Shown here: positions 11,711-25,304 of the stretch, in pieces
Position numbering within the stretch: position 1 is the first letter of the stretch
Layout: the number at the start of each line of letters is the position of its first letter
Assembly (NCBI GenBank): GCA_030390025.1
Contig: CM059432.1
Location: 44,332,001 to 44,396,000, forward strand
Direction of reading: 5' to 3'
From: Squalus acanthias
Lineage: Eukaryota
DNA: 64,000 nucleotides
The notes under the pieces: model-generated
The model's input: the letters and a program-made list of their open reading frames with translations, nothing else
The model's database searches: none
What the model was told of the DNA's origin: nothing
Translations under genes and position numbers: made by a program

Positions 11711-14700
11711 TAGAAACATAGAAGATAGGAGCAGGAGTAGGCTATTCGGCCCCTCGAGCCTGTTCCGCCATTTAATGAGATCATGGCTGATCATCCAAAT
11801 TCAGTACCCTGTCCCTGCTTTCTCCCCATATCCCTTGATCCCTTTAGCCTTAAGAAATATATCTAACTCCTTCTTGAATATATTTAATGAATTGGTCTTC
11901 TATGGTAGAGAATTCCACAGGTTCACCACTCTCTGGGTGAAGAAATTCCTCCTCATCTCAGTCCTAAATGGTTTACCCCTTATCCTAAGACTGTGACCCC
12001 TGATTCTGGACTCCCCACCATTGGGAACATCCTTCCTGCATCTAGTCTGTCTAGTCCTGTTAGAATTTTATAAGTTTCAATGAGATACCCTCTCATTCTT
12101 CTAAACTCTAGCGAATACAAGCCACAATCGACTCAATCTCTCTCATACGTTATTCCTGCCATCCCAGGTATCAGTCTGGTGAATCTTCGCTGCACTCCCT
12201 CCATGGCAAGAACATCCTTCCTCAGATAAGGTGACTAAAACTGCACACAATACTCAAGGTGTGGTCTCACCAAGGCCCTGTACAACTGCAGCAAGACATC
12301 CTTGTTCCTGTACTCGAATCCTCTCGCTATGATGGCCAATATACCATTTGCCTTCTTAACCGCCTGCTGCACCTGCATGCTTACCTTCAGCGACTGGTGC
12401 ACAAGGACACCCAGGTCTCGTTGCACTTCCCCTTTTCCCAATCTATTGCCGTTCAGATAATAATCTGCCTTCCTGTTTTTGCCACCAAAGTGGATAACCT
12501 CACATTTATCCACATTATACTGCATCTGCCATGCATCTGCCCAATCACCCAATCTGTCCAAATCATACTGGAGTTTCTCTGCATCCTCCTCACAGCACAC
12601 ACACCCACCCAGCTTTGTGTCGTCTGCAAACTTGGAGATACTACATCTAGTTCCCTCGTCTAGATCATTAATATATATTGTGAATAACTGGGGTCCTAGC
12701 ACCGATCCCTGCGGTACCCCACTAGTCACTGCCTGCCACTCGGAAAAAGACCTGTTTATTCCAAATCTTTGCTTCCTGTCTGCCAACCAGTTCTCTATCC
12801 AAGTCAATACCTTACCCCCAATCCCATATGCTTTAACTTTGCACGCTAATCTCTTATGCGGGACCTTATCGAAAGCCTTCTGAAAGTCCAAATACAACAC
12901 ATCCACTGGTTCTCCCTTATCTATTCTACCAGTTACATCCTCAAAAAATTCCAGTAGATTAGTCAAGCATGATTTACCTTTTGTAAATCCATGTTGACTT
13001 TGTCCGATCCTGTCACTGTTTTCCAAGTGCTCTGCTATTACATCTTTTATAATGGACTCTAGCATTTTCCCCATTTTCTCTCTTCCACCTTTTTTAAATA
13101 GTGGGGTTACATTAGCTACCCTCCAATCCATGGGAACTGTTCCAGAGTCTATAGGATTTTGGAAGATGACCAGCAATGCATCTACTATTTCTAGGGCCAC
13201 TTCCTTAAGTACCCTAGGATGTAGATTATCAGGCCCTGGGGATTTATCGGCCTTCAATCCCGTCAATTTCCCTAACACCATTTACCTACAAATACTGATT
13301 TAATTCAGTTCCTCCCTCTCATTAGACCCTATGTTCCCCGACATCTCTGGGAGGTTATTTGTGTCCTCCTTTGTGAAGACAGAACCAAAGTATGTATTTA
13401 ATTGGCCTGCCATTTCTTTGTTCCTCATTATAAATCCCCTGATTCTGACTGCAAGGGACCTACGCTTGACTTCACCACTCTTTTTCTCTTCACATATCTA
13501 TAGAAGCTTTTACAGTCAGTTTTTATGTTCCTGCAAGCTTACTCTCATATTCTATTTTCCCCCTCTTAATTAATCCCTTTGTCCTCCTTTGCTGAATCCT
13601 AAACTGCTCCCAATCCTCAGGTTTGCTGCTTTTTCTGGCCAATTTATATGCCCTCTCCTTGGATCTTATGCTATCCCTAATTTCCCTTGTTAGCCACGGT
13701 TGAGTCACCTTTTTTGTTTTATTTTTATGCCAAACAGGGATGAACAAATTCTGTAGTTCATCCATGCGATCTTTAAATGTTTGCCATTGCCGATCCACCG
13801 TCAACCCTTTAAGTAACATTCCCCAATCCATCCTAGCCAACTCGCGCCTCATACCATCGTAGTTTCCTTTATTTAAATTCAGGACCCTAGTCTCTGAGTC
13901 AAATACTTCACTCTCCATCTTAATGAAGAATTCTATCATATTATGATCGCTCCTCCCCAAGGGGCCTCGCATAATAAGATTGCTAATTAATCCTTTCTCA
14001 TTACATAATACCCAGTCTGTGGTAACACAATACAGCTTCCTGTGACTCGAACTTTATTGCATCACTTCCTGTGATTAGTCCAGGATAAATACTGGACTGA
14101 TCAGTTGGATCCTGGAGAGGCATAGAGTAAGACCTCTTTTGTATGTAGCACCTTTTTAGTTGATTAAAGCTTACTTTAAGTTCACCACGCGTAAGGCTCA
14201 TTCTTACGACACAGTCTAAGATGGCCTGATCTCTAGTTGGTTCCTCGACATATTGGTCCAGGAAACCATCCCGTATACACTCTAGGAATTCCTCCTCCAC
14301 AGTATTGTTACTAATTTGGTGAGCCCAATCTATATGTAGATTAAAGTCACCCATGATAACTGCTGTGCCCTTATTGCACGCGTCTCTAATTTCCCGTTTA
14401 ATGCCATCCCCAACCTCAGCATTACTGTTTGGGGGTCTGTATACAACTCCCACTAACATTTTCTGCCCCTTGGTATTTCTCAGCTCTACCCATACAGATT
14501 CCACATCATCCGAGCTAATATCCTTCCTTACTATTGTGTTAATCTCCTCTTTAACCAGCAATGCTACCCCACCTCCTTTTCCTTTTTGCCTGTCTTTCCT
14601 GAATATTGAATACCCCTGGATGTTGAATTCCCAGCCTTGGTCAGCCTGGAGCCATGTCTCCGTAATCCCAACTATATCATATCCGTTTACATCTATTTGC

Positions 14701-14965
14701 GCAGCTAATTCATCCACCTTATTATGAATGCTCCTCGCATTAAGACACAAAGCCTTCAGGCTTGTTTTTTTAACACCCTTTAGAGCTTTTAGAATTATTA
14801 TTTACTGTGGGCATGTTTGATTTACACCCTCTTTTACTTTTCTCCTTCCTATCTTTTGCTTCTATCCTTGCTTCCCTTTCCTCTGTCTTCCCTGCACAGG
14901 TTCCCAACCCCCTGCCATTTTAGTTTAAACCCTCCCCAACAGCACTAGCAAACACTCCCCCTAGG
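11711..14965 (-). mobile_element. CR1 LINE covering most of ORF2 (EN + RT) and the 3' UTR
   Basis: ORFs 14001..14750 (LNARS, ITETW, YRPP, GDFN), 13523..13972 (SDH) and 12235..13281 (QGSVLGP, FADD); short internal deletions. Confidence 0.94.
14018..14211. mobile_element. Solo LTR, 194 bp, inserted in the CR1 endonuclease region
   Basis: Termini TGTGGTAA...TTACGACA (7/8 inverted); 5-bp TSD CAGTC at 14013-14017 and 14212-14216; ATTAAA at 14163-14168. Confidence 0.82.
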
Positions 14966-15055
14966 AGTTTGTTCCTCTACTTCTTTCTCTAAAAGCACGA
15001 CAAGGAAACCCAATATTGGCTCTGTAGAATTGGGAGGACACAAACAAAATACATA

Positions 15056-15717
15056 GGCCCTGCTATTTCCAGGGAGGTGGAGGGGAAGCGGGGGAGGCCG
15101 AAAGCGGCCGAAGAAGCCAGCAAGGCCGGGGATGTGGAGCTCCTGCCGAATTTAATGGCAGGACCTCACAATTTTTTTCTTCCGTTTCCTGCCCGGCAGC
15201 CAGCCAAATTGACCAGCTGGCTGGCTGCTGGGCAGGAAAACCAATAGCAGGGGGCCATAGCCGGGGACCCTTGGGGATGGTTCCCGGGAATCGGGAGGTG
15301 GGCAGGCTGCAGATCAGGCCCTGGGGCAGAGGGGGAGGTCGCCAATTGCGGCATGGCTAGAGATAAGCCGCAATCGGCAGAAGGGAGGCCGAAGGCTTCC
15401 TTGAGAGGCCGGAGGAGCACTTCTGCTCCTTCTGGCCCACAAGCAGTGCTATAAAAGGCAATTACCTTCTGGAGCTGGCAGATCCTGCATCAATTTTGCT
15501 GCCGGGTTTCAGGCTCCCAATTGCACTTTAGGTGACTGATTTAAATGAGATGCCCTACCTCTCCAAGACAGGACATTCGCACGGCACACTACCCACCACC
15601 ATACACATGGTGGTAGGCGCATATGTATTGGGTTGGGTCGTGTTTTGTATTTTTTAGGGTTTAATCCCCTCCGCTGACCTCCTCTGGAGGTGCGGGGGGG
15701 GGGTTAATATCGAGCTC
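15056..15717. mobile_element. GC-rich non-autonomous DNA element (Harbinger-like MITE)
   Basis: Degenerate TIRs GGCCCTGCTATT / AATATCGAGCTC; flanks ATA/GTA; shares internal motifs (GGAGGAGCAC..CTGCTCC) with 30831-31485 and 54226-54803. Confidence 0.55.
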
Positions 15718-16034
15718 GTACAGTTAGATTGGTAAGCTAGTGTCAGTGGTAAAATAAATTGATTAAAAAAAAGCTGAGAAACAAAGTTTTAAAGATATTT
15801 TTATCAAACTTGCATGGGCCATTTAAATCCACTTCTGCCTTTCACTTAGCACTTAGTATGATTAATATCTAGTGTAAATAAAGCTGTAATGATGCAAAAT
15901 GGGACATATAGCATCACTATGTCATTATTGCCTCATATAAATACGTCCATCCAAAAGGGTATCTGCCCCATTTTGAACCCCTGCCTACCACCTAAAGAGG
16001 AAAATTCAACCTAATAATATGTTGAGTAATGTTA

Positions 16035-17105
16035 CTGGACACAGCAAAGGCTATGGGCCTGACAACATTCCGGTTGTAATGCTGAAGACCTCTTCTTCAG
16101 GTGCACCCCTAGCTAAGCTGTACCAGTAAAGTCAAAACACACTGGCATCTGTCCAACAATGTAGGAAATTGCCCAGCTATGTCCTGTCAACAAAAAGCAA
16201 GACAAATTACTGCCCTATCAGCCTACTGATCATCAGCAAAGTGATGGAAGGAATCGTCAACAACACTATCAAGCGTGCTTATTCACTAATAACCTGCTCA
16301 TCGATATTTAGTCTGGGTTCAGTCAGGACCGCTTGGCTCCAGACCTCATTATAGCTTTCATCCAAGCATGGACATGAGTTGAATTCCAGAGGTTAGGTAA
16401 GAGTGAATGTCCTTGACATCAAAGCAGCATTGACGGAGTGTGGCACCAAGGAGTCTTAGTAAAACTGAAGTCAAATGATCAGGGCAAATTCTCCATTGGC
16501 TGGAGTCATACCTGGTACCAAAATGAGCATTGTGGTTGTTGGAGGCCGATAATCTGAGCCCCGAACATCATTGCAGGAGTTCCTCAGGGCAGTGCCCTAG
16601 GCCCAACTATCTTCAGCTGCTTCATCAATGACCTTCCCTCCATCATAAGGTTAAAAATGGGGCTGTTCGCTGATGATTACACAGTGTTCAGGTCCATTCG
16701 CAATTCCTCAGATAACAAAGCAGTGCATGCCTGGAGAACATCCACGCTTTCACTGATAAGTAATATTCGCGGCAAAAATAATTCCAAGCAATGACCATCA
16801 CCATGTATTGAGAGCTTCATCACCTCTCCATCATATTTAATTGCATTACAATCGCTGAATCTCTCACCATGAACATCCTGGGGCTCACAATCGACCAGAA
16901 ACTCAACTGGACCAGCCATTTAAATGCCGTGGTTACTAGAGTAGGTCAGAGGCTGGATATTCTGTGGTGAGTGGCTCACCTCCTGATTCTCCAAAGCCTC
17001 TCCGACCCCTACAAGGCACAAGTCAGGAGTTGTTGGAATACTCTCCATTTGCTTGGATGATGCAGCTCAACGCCATCCAGGACAAACAATTCACCTGATC
17101 AGCAC
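16035..17105 (+). mobile_element. Degenerate copy of the 985-2190 LINE family
   Basis: 16380-17105 aligns with 990-1775; NYCPISLL in ORF 16169..16354. Confidence 0.85.
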
Positions 17106-17288
17106 CCCATTCCAGGAGGAACCTGATAATACAAATTCATCTTCCAGCTAAGTTTAAATCACTGATTTCTTTTTGATAAACCATCATTGTGTTCTTTTCT
17201 CAATGTCAACAAAAGAATCCACAGGTTCTATTAAACGCAAGTGTTGTCTGACTTAGGTAAAAATTGAACAGTTTCTATCAGACAAGGA

Positions 17289-19037
17289 GGAGGGAATTTT
17301 TCAGGGAGTCAGCAGGTGCGTTTGGTGGTGCGTCGGCTGGGAAAAACATTTGACAGCAGGTAGGGAACCCACTGTCAACCCGCCTCCACACTAGTCTCCC
17401 AGATGTCGGGTCTGTCACTGCTGAACAGACCTGACACCAAGCGGCGGAGGAGGCAATTTAGATTATTAAGAGCTTGTTAACAGGCACTTAAAAACTATTT
17501 TAAGCTCACCTTTAGATTTTTAGAGTTCTCCAACGGCTTCCCCGCTGCTTGGGAATCACGTCAGGTAAGCAGGTCAGGTGTTGCGTCAGCATGGGATGAT
17601 TTCTTAACTTGATAGCTGCATATGGTCTACAAAAGCTCCCATTTCATAGCTGTTCACTTTCCAAGGTTAGAAGCTGTTGCTTACTGTATTTGGAAGACAG
17701 ATTGAGCTTTATGCAGCTTGCAAGTGATTGGAGCAAATTCTCTATCCAGTGTCACCTCATTGGAACAACCTCTCTCACTTCTGTCATCTCAACCTCACCT
17801 ACCATCTATTCCATCAGCGTCGGTGCCCGTGAAAATATCTCTCCTTGGTCCTCAGAATCCCACCACAATCAGCCCCAACACCAGCAGCACCAGGCACACC
17901 AGCAACACCAACAACAACACCAACCTTCTCCGCAATCAGCTGGTGCTGCACAGGACAGAGGGCATCAGCACCCGACCACATTGCTGCCCGGGAGGCCAGG
18001 GATGGCCTCAGCATAGCCAGATTTACTTCACTTGATGCTGTACACCCTGGCTGCCATATGTTGCGCCAGGTTAGCACCACCCCGCACCAACAACATAAAG
18101 CATCCCTACAATGCCCAAGCCATTTCTTTCACACTCATCGCCATTGCGGGGGGTACCGTTTTGTCTCACCATTCTCTGCAACTCACTAAGCCACTTCCAA
18201 AGGTGCAGACAAATCTGTCCAAGATGCAAAGTGTTGAAAATAAAGATTTTAATGTTTGACAGCACATTAACAGAAACTTCACATGAACATTGGCTAAAAC
18301 ACCCAAGTGCCTACCCTTGTGTGTTGTTAGTTGGTAGGATTGGACTAGGATGAGGGTGAGTGTGAGGGGTGGCTAGTGAGTTGGAGAAATTATAATTTAG
18401 ATAGAGAGGGATGGGTGGAGGTGCAAGGCAAGTTGCTGTCAGTAAGGACGTGCAAGAGTAGGGAAGGTAGAGTGATGTGGATGTGATGAGTGGCACAGCA
18501 GGGTAAGGTTGAGTGGGGCTGTGCAGTAACGTTTCGTGATCTACTGTGATCATTGAAAGGTTTGCGCCACTGCAGCCTGGTCGTCCTAACGACATCCCAG
18601 CTTGTGTCCTCATGTGCAATGTGCAACCAGGCTGCATTGATCTCCTGGGGCGGTCTCTTCCGCCTGTAGGAAGGGAAGAGGACCTCCCTGCGTGCTGTGA
18701 CTCCCTCCGCAAGTACATGGAGGGAGTCATGGGAGAGCCCGGGTGCAGCCGTGCACCTCTGTGCAGTGCTTGTCAGTGTCGCAGCACCTCAATGCTGTGG
18801 AACACTGACAGCAGAACTGTCAAAATCAATTTGCGTATGGTCCCTTTAAGGAAACCAGTTGATGACACGTCATCAAGTGACGTCATCAGACCGGCTTCCT
18901 TCAATTGGCCGGGAAACACGCTGGGTGGGCTTAACAAGCCCAATCATCGTAAGATCACTCTACAGAGCGGGCTGGAGCCAGCAGTGGGGTCGCACCCCGG
19001 CCGCACCAGACCCGCCTCGGTAGGCGAAATCGCAGCC
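17289..19037. mobile_element. Internally deleted Harbinger-like element
   Basis: GGA on both flanks and weak TIRs; minus-strand Myb-like remnant about 18545-18760; layout resembles the other Harbinger derivatives. Confidence 0.5.
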
Positions 19038-19534
19038 GGAATCTCTTTTTGTATCTTCAATGTGAACTTTACCTTAATTATTCAATCAGCAGTTTGATTT
19101 GAAGTATTTTGGAGAAAGCAAATAAACTCAAAAATCCTCATGAATTGAGGGAGAAACCAATCTACTTCAGCTCCGAGAAACCTACTGATACATATTGGGA
19201 AATTTTGCAGACTGCACTGAAGGGGTTAGTAACTCCCTTTAACTGTTCTAGGAATAAAGGTCTAGAAATTGGATATGACCCAAAAATGGGCGGTGTCATG
19301 GCCCAGCACTATTTGCCTGCGTCCGTTCAAAGTGGTGCAGGCAGCACACAAAATTTGTGCTGCCTGCTCATTTACATGAACACGCTACTGCTTGGCTTAC
19401 CGCTCAACAGGTGGGCCAATATTGGGTGCAGTCTAATGGTCAGTAATATTTGGCCTAGTCTTTCTCCACTACTTAAAGGGGTGGTGCTTTGACATAGGAG
19501 CACCTCAATGTCATTGGAATTGGAATTGGAAGAC

Positions 19535-22500
19535 ATGGCTCAGCAGCAGCAAAGAGAATGAGCCAGAATGTTCTCTGATGTGGCTCTGGAAGCATTGGTA
19601 GTAGCAGTGGAGAGGAGGAGGGGTGTCCTGTTCCCACAGGGTGACAGGAAGCCATCAACGCACACTTTGAGAAGGCTGTGGCAAGAGATATCTGGGTATG
19701 TCATGGCCCACAGTGTTGTACCGCAGACATGGATCCAGTGCAGCAATAAGTTTAATGACCTGAGTCTGAGCGAGCGAACCTGCGGGAGGAACGGAGTTGG
19801 AGACCGGGGATAAAGGCAGCGCAGAGCAGAGGCCTGGGAGTTTGAGCGAGCGGACTACCTGTGAGGGAAACAGTCGGCAAGTGACACAATGAAGGAGCGA
19901 CGTCAGAATTCAAAGGTGTCGCTGGTACAAGGGAGCTGAGAGGTGAGTATAGGGTGAGTATTTGTGGTAAGTTTTTTTTTGTTCTGTCTGAGTATATTTC
20001 TGCTAAGTAGATCATAGCTATCTAAATAGAGGGAAGTGCTGATTGGTGGGTACTTTTTGAGTGTTTCTTGTTAAGTTTTAAGTTTATTTCTGCTAAATTA
20101 CCTCCATAGTCTAGTAAATAGAGGCATGGCAGGGCAGCTCAATCCCGTGATTTACACATCTTGTGACATGTGGGATATCCTGGATGCTTCTTGCGGCCTG
20201 GACGACCACGTGTGCAGGAAGTGTCGCCAACTGCAGCAACTCGAGCTCCGGGTTTCAGAGCTTGAGCGGCAGCTGGAGTCACTACAGTGCATCCGCGAGG
20301 CTGAGAAATACTTGAAAAGCACGTTTCTAGGAGTGGTCACCCCGCAGCCTCAGAATGTGCAGGCAGAGAGAGAATGGGTGACCACCAGGCAGGTAGGGCA
20401 GGAACCCTCAGAGTGCACCTCGCTCGCTAACTGGTTCACAGTTCTGGAAACTGGTGGGGGTAATGGCTCCTCTGGGGAGAGCAGCCAGAACCAAGGCCAC
20501 GGCACCACGGGTGGCTCTGCTGCACGGGGGGGGAGGAAGAAGAGTGGAAGAGCAATAGTGATAGGGGATTCATTGGTTAGGGGAACAGATAGGCGTTTCT
20601 GTGGCCACAGACGTGACTCCAGGATGGTATGTTGCCTCCCTGGTACCAGGGTCAAGGATGTCACTGAGCGGCTGTAGGGAGCTAGGAAGGAGATTAAAAA
20701 GCAGGACCTCAAAGGTAGTAATCTCCGGATTACTCCCGGTGCCACATGCTAGTGAGTACAGGAATAGGAGGATAGAACAGATGAATGTGTGGCTGGAGAG
20801 ATGGTGCAGGAGGGAGGGCTTTAGATTCCTGAGGCATTGAGACCATTTCTGGGGAAGATGGAACCTGTACAAGCCGACGGGTTACACCTCAACAGAGCCG
20901 GGATCAATATTCTCGCGGGGAGGTTTGCTAGTGCTGTTGGGGAGGGTTTAAACTAGCTTGGCAGGAGGATGGGCACCAGCATATTGGAGTAGAAAAGAGG
21001 AATAAGGTGCATAAAAGAGTGAGTGTGTTGGATGGTACTAGAGAAGAAAGTAGTGCTAGAGGCGGAAGTAATACCATATTAGATAGGAGCAGACTAAGAA
21101 AGACTATGAAAAATTCAAAGATGGGTTTAGAATGCATGTACGTAAACGCACAAAGTGTGGTGAAGAAGGTTGGTGAGCTACAAGCACAATTAGCCATGTG
21201 GCAATATGATGTTGTGGCAATAACGGAAACATGGCTTAAAAACGGGAGAATGTTCTTGGGACAAGGACAGAATCCATTTGGTTAAAGTTGAGGAGCAAAA
21301 AGGGTATGACCACGCTATTGGGGGTATTCTACAGGCCTCCAAATAGTGAGAGGGAAGTAGAGGAGCAAATCTGCAGGGAAATCGCAGAGATATGCAAGAG
21401 CTATAGAGTGGTGATATTGGGGGACTTTAATTACCCAAATATCGATTGGGATAATGCTAGGGTAAATGGAAAGGAAGGGGAGGAATTTCAGAAATGTGTT
21501 CAGGAGAATTTCCTTGACCAGTATGTTCCTCGCCCAACTAGGAAGGAGGCATTGCTGATCTGGTGCTGGGGAATGAGGTGGGCCAGGTCGACCAAATGTC
21601 TGTGGGAGAACACTTGGGTACGAGTGATCATCGTATCATAAGATTTAGTTTAGTAATGGAGCGGAGCAAGGAACAATCTAGAGTGGAACTTCTAAACTGG
21701 AATAGGGCTAACTTCAATGGGATGCGAAAGGATCTAGCCAGAGTAAAATGGAACCACGTTCCAAGTACAGGTTAGGTACATTCCAACAAGAGGGAAGGGT
21801 AAGGTACCAAAGCAAGGGCTCTTTGGATGACGAGGGAGATAGAGAAGATGATGAAACAAAAAAAGAGGGTGTATGATGAATGTCAGGTGAATTCTTCAAG
21901 GGAGAACCAGACCAAATACAATAAGTTGAGAGGGGAAGTGAAGATGAAAATAAGATTGGCAAAGAGAGAATATGAGAGTAGAATGGCGGTTAACATAAAA
22001 GGGAACCCAAAAATCTTGTACCGGCATGTAAAGAGTAAGCGGGTAGTAAGAGGTGGGGTGGGGCCTATTAGGGACAAAGAAGGTGATATATGCTTAGAGG
22101 TGAAGGGCAAGGCTAGAATATTCAATGAGTACTTTGTATCGGTGTTTACTAAGGAGGTGGATGCTGACAAAATATCAGTAGAAGTGGAAAATGTAGAAGC
22201 AATGGAAGGGGTGAAAATTGATGGACAGGATGTACTAGAAAGACTGTGTATGCTTAGAGTGGATAAGTTGCCTGGTCCAGATGGCTTGCATCCCAGGTTG
22301 CTAAGGGAATTGGGGGAGGAGATAGTGGAAGGGCTTGCCATAATTTTCCAATCTTCCCTAGATGCGGGGGAGGTGCCTGAGGATTGGAAAGTGGCAAATG
22401 TGACACCATTGTTCAAGAAAGGGTGTAAGGACAATCCTAGTAACTACAGGCCGGTCAGTTTAACATCAGTGGTGGGTAAAGCTTTAGAAACAATAATCAA

Positions 22501-25088
22501 GGAAAAAATTAACAGGCACTTGGAGAGGTTTAAGCTAATTAAGGAGAGCCAACATGGATTTGTAAAAGGCAGATCGTGTTTGACTAATCTAATTGAATTT
22601 TTTGATGAAGTAACAGGGAGGATTGATGAAGGGAATGCAATGGATGTTGTCTACATGGATTTTCGGAAGGCGTTTGACAAAGTACCACATAGAAGGCTGG
22701 TTAACAAAATTGAGGCTCATGGAATAGGTGGGTCAGTGGCAGCTTGGATAAGGAATTGGCTTAAGGACAGAAAACAGCGAGTTGTGGTAAATGGCTGTTT
22801 TTCAGACTGGAGGATGTTAGACAGTGGTGTTCCCCAAGTGTCAGTGCTGGGGCCACTGCTTTTTTTGATATATATAAATGACCTGGATATTGGAATTGGT
22901 TAGCAAAGCATATGGGATCTTGGGCTTCATAAATAGAGGTATTGAGTACAAAAGTAGAGAAGTTATGCTGAACCTTTATAAAGCGCTAGTTAGGCCACAA
23001 CTGGAGTATTGTGTCCAGTTCTGGTCACCACACTTTAGGAAGGATGTGAAGGCACTTGAGAGGGCGCAGAGATTTACCAGAATGGTTCCGGGGATGGGGG
23101 ATCTTAGCTACAAGGACAGGTTGGAGAAGCTGGATTTGTTGTCATTAGAGCAAAGGAGGTTGCGGGGTGATTTGATAGAGGTGTAGAAGATTATGACGGG
23201 TTTGGATAGGCTAGACGGGGAAAGGCTGTTCCCAATAGTTGATGGTACAAGGACTAGGGGACACAGATTTAAAGTTTTGGGCAAGAGATACAGGGGGGAT
23301 GTGAGGAAAAACGTTTTTAGTCAGCGAGTGGTGAGGACCTGGAACTCGCTGGCGACGGAAGTGGTGGAAGCGGACACACTCAATGTTTTCAAGGGGGAGA
23401 CTGGATAGGTACTTGAGGGAAATAAACTTGCAAGGCTACGGGGATACAGCGGGGGAATGGGACTGACTGGATTGCTCTACAGAGAGCCGGCACGGACTCG
23501 ATGGGCCGAATGGCCTCCTTCTGTGCCGTTATGACTGTATGACCTCTCACAGCAAATGCCATATATCACCAACTGCACCACAAGCCTCACACTCTGCTTA
23601 ATGCACCACACTCCCATCACACCCTAAGAAACAATCTCTTCCTTTCACCACTCAGGCCTCACAATCATAGCTTCAGTTCACCCTCACAACCTTACCACTG
23701 TTGCAACACTCACACTCACATCTCACACCTTGCACACACTGACAGCTATTCAACTATAGCAATCACATCACTCAAACACATTGCACCATCCTCATGGACA
23801 CACTTCCCTTTCTCTTGCAGGCCAAGGTGGCCCACAACCGCTGCAAGCAGCAGCAGACAGGAGGCAGCCAAGCTGCTTTACCGACCTTGAGCGAATCGGA
23901 GGAGACAGTTACGGCACATCATTGGAGGGGAAGTGGCAATGGGCGAAGTTGAAGCCCTTGGGGACAGTAACGGTATGCACATGCCTAACCTTTCTTCTCA
24001 CATCACACTTCCACCTCATCCCACAATCTCTTTTGACTTACAAGCTGCTGATGCTGTATGCATGGATATCTTGCTTCCCTCACCCTCCCCTCACCATAAG
24101 CCAACTCTTGTGCCTTTCTGCTTTCGGATGACCATGAAGTGCCACCAGCACAGCCTGTCCCCGAAGTAATGGAGGAGAGTGGAAATGAAGAAGAAGGCAC
24201 ACCATCACTGCATCTGACACTCAGACACCAGCTCAGAAACTGGGACTGCCTGGAATTTAGAGGGTAGTATAGATGTGGGATAAGCACATGGTGAGGCACT
24301 GGGCACGAGTGGGATGCAGCAAGGCCAGGGGCTAAGGGTAGCTCAGGGGCCAGCTCCCCAGAGGGCGAGTTCACGCCGAGTTCTGATGCACACGACTCAG
24401 ATGCTGACCTCGATGGTGCGGCCTTCAGAAGAAGGGTGATGGGCATGCACACAAAAATACTAGGTGCAATGGCAAGCCTACCAGAGTGCCTCATGTCAGT
24501 GTCAAGGAGCATGGAGAAGACCGGCTCCAACATTGGACAGGGTTTGCGTGGAGCTTGGGGCCTATGATTTCCAGGATGGAACTGATGGACAACTCCAGGA
24601 GAGACATTGTGGACCCAGCCCTGATACTGCGTGTGATGGCTGATGTTTTGGCTTCCATTGCAGCACAGGCGGAAGCGACCCAACAGCTCACTGCTGCAGT
24701 GGAAGCTCAGACTGCTGTCATCGTGCCTGGGATTACGAGTCTCAAAAGGGGCTTGCAGGGTGTTGCAGCAGGCCAACAATCTGTCCTCCAACAGACTGCT
24801 AAGAATGATGAGGCGCTGCCCCGGGGGAGTGGCAGCGGGTCTGTGACAGCATTCCTACTCCCACCACTGCCACTCCGCCATTGTTCTTGCCGCTGCCTGT
24901 CAGCCAGCCAGCCCAGTCTGCTGTCTCCCATGCCGAGGTGGTGTAGTTTACAGCCGGGCCTTCTAGGTCCACAGCTGGTCGAGGTTGTCCTGGAAGGCCA
25001 TCTGGAGTCTCCCCCATGGAAACTCAGCAGCCTTCCACCAGCCATGCTGCAGCCACTGGGGGAGCACTTCATAGGAGCACCAGAGTAG
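19535..25088 (+). pseudogene. Harbinger Myb/SANT-like DNA-binding protein pseudogene, probably spliced, split by a CR1
   Basis: FSDVALEALV..LWQEIS..TWIQCSNKFNDL at 19568-19760; candidate exon 23821-23972 (tctcttgcAG..GTatgc); frameshifted coiled-coil / low-complexity C-terminus about 24130-25088. Confidence 0.7.
19762..23538 (+). mobile_element. CR1 LINE retaining its 5' UTR, ORF1 and 3' end, with internal deletions
   Basis: ORF1 20126.. has a Cys/His knuckle, leucine zipper and esterase motif IVIGDSLVRG; ORF2 pieces 21007-23408; ATGACCT at both junctions. Confidence 0.92.
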
Positions 25089-25304
25089 GAAAGGGCACAC
25101 AAAAGACAGACACTAAGGGAATGCACAAGGGTGATTAGTTCATATAGTAATATAAATTGAATACTTATAAATTTATGAATTTTATTTGGAATGCTTGTTT
25201 TGTGGTGGCTCTCATTTCAGCTTTGTGCCCAGGAGGATGCTGTGATATTCGTGACAGAGGGATGGTATGATGGGGATGTGGTGAGCAACAGGGATCTGGT
25301 GTTT

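Noticed and set aside
17609..18016. Gln/His-rich ORF as a host exon
   Set aside because: Low-complexity tract inside a probable transposon remnant, antisense to NECAB1, with no convincing exon boundaries.
24003..24791. Long antisense ORFs (this 262-aa ORF, 21883..22434, 12259..12663 and similar)
   Set aside because: Shadow frames of transposon coding sequence.
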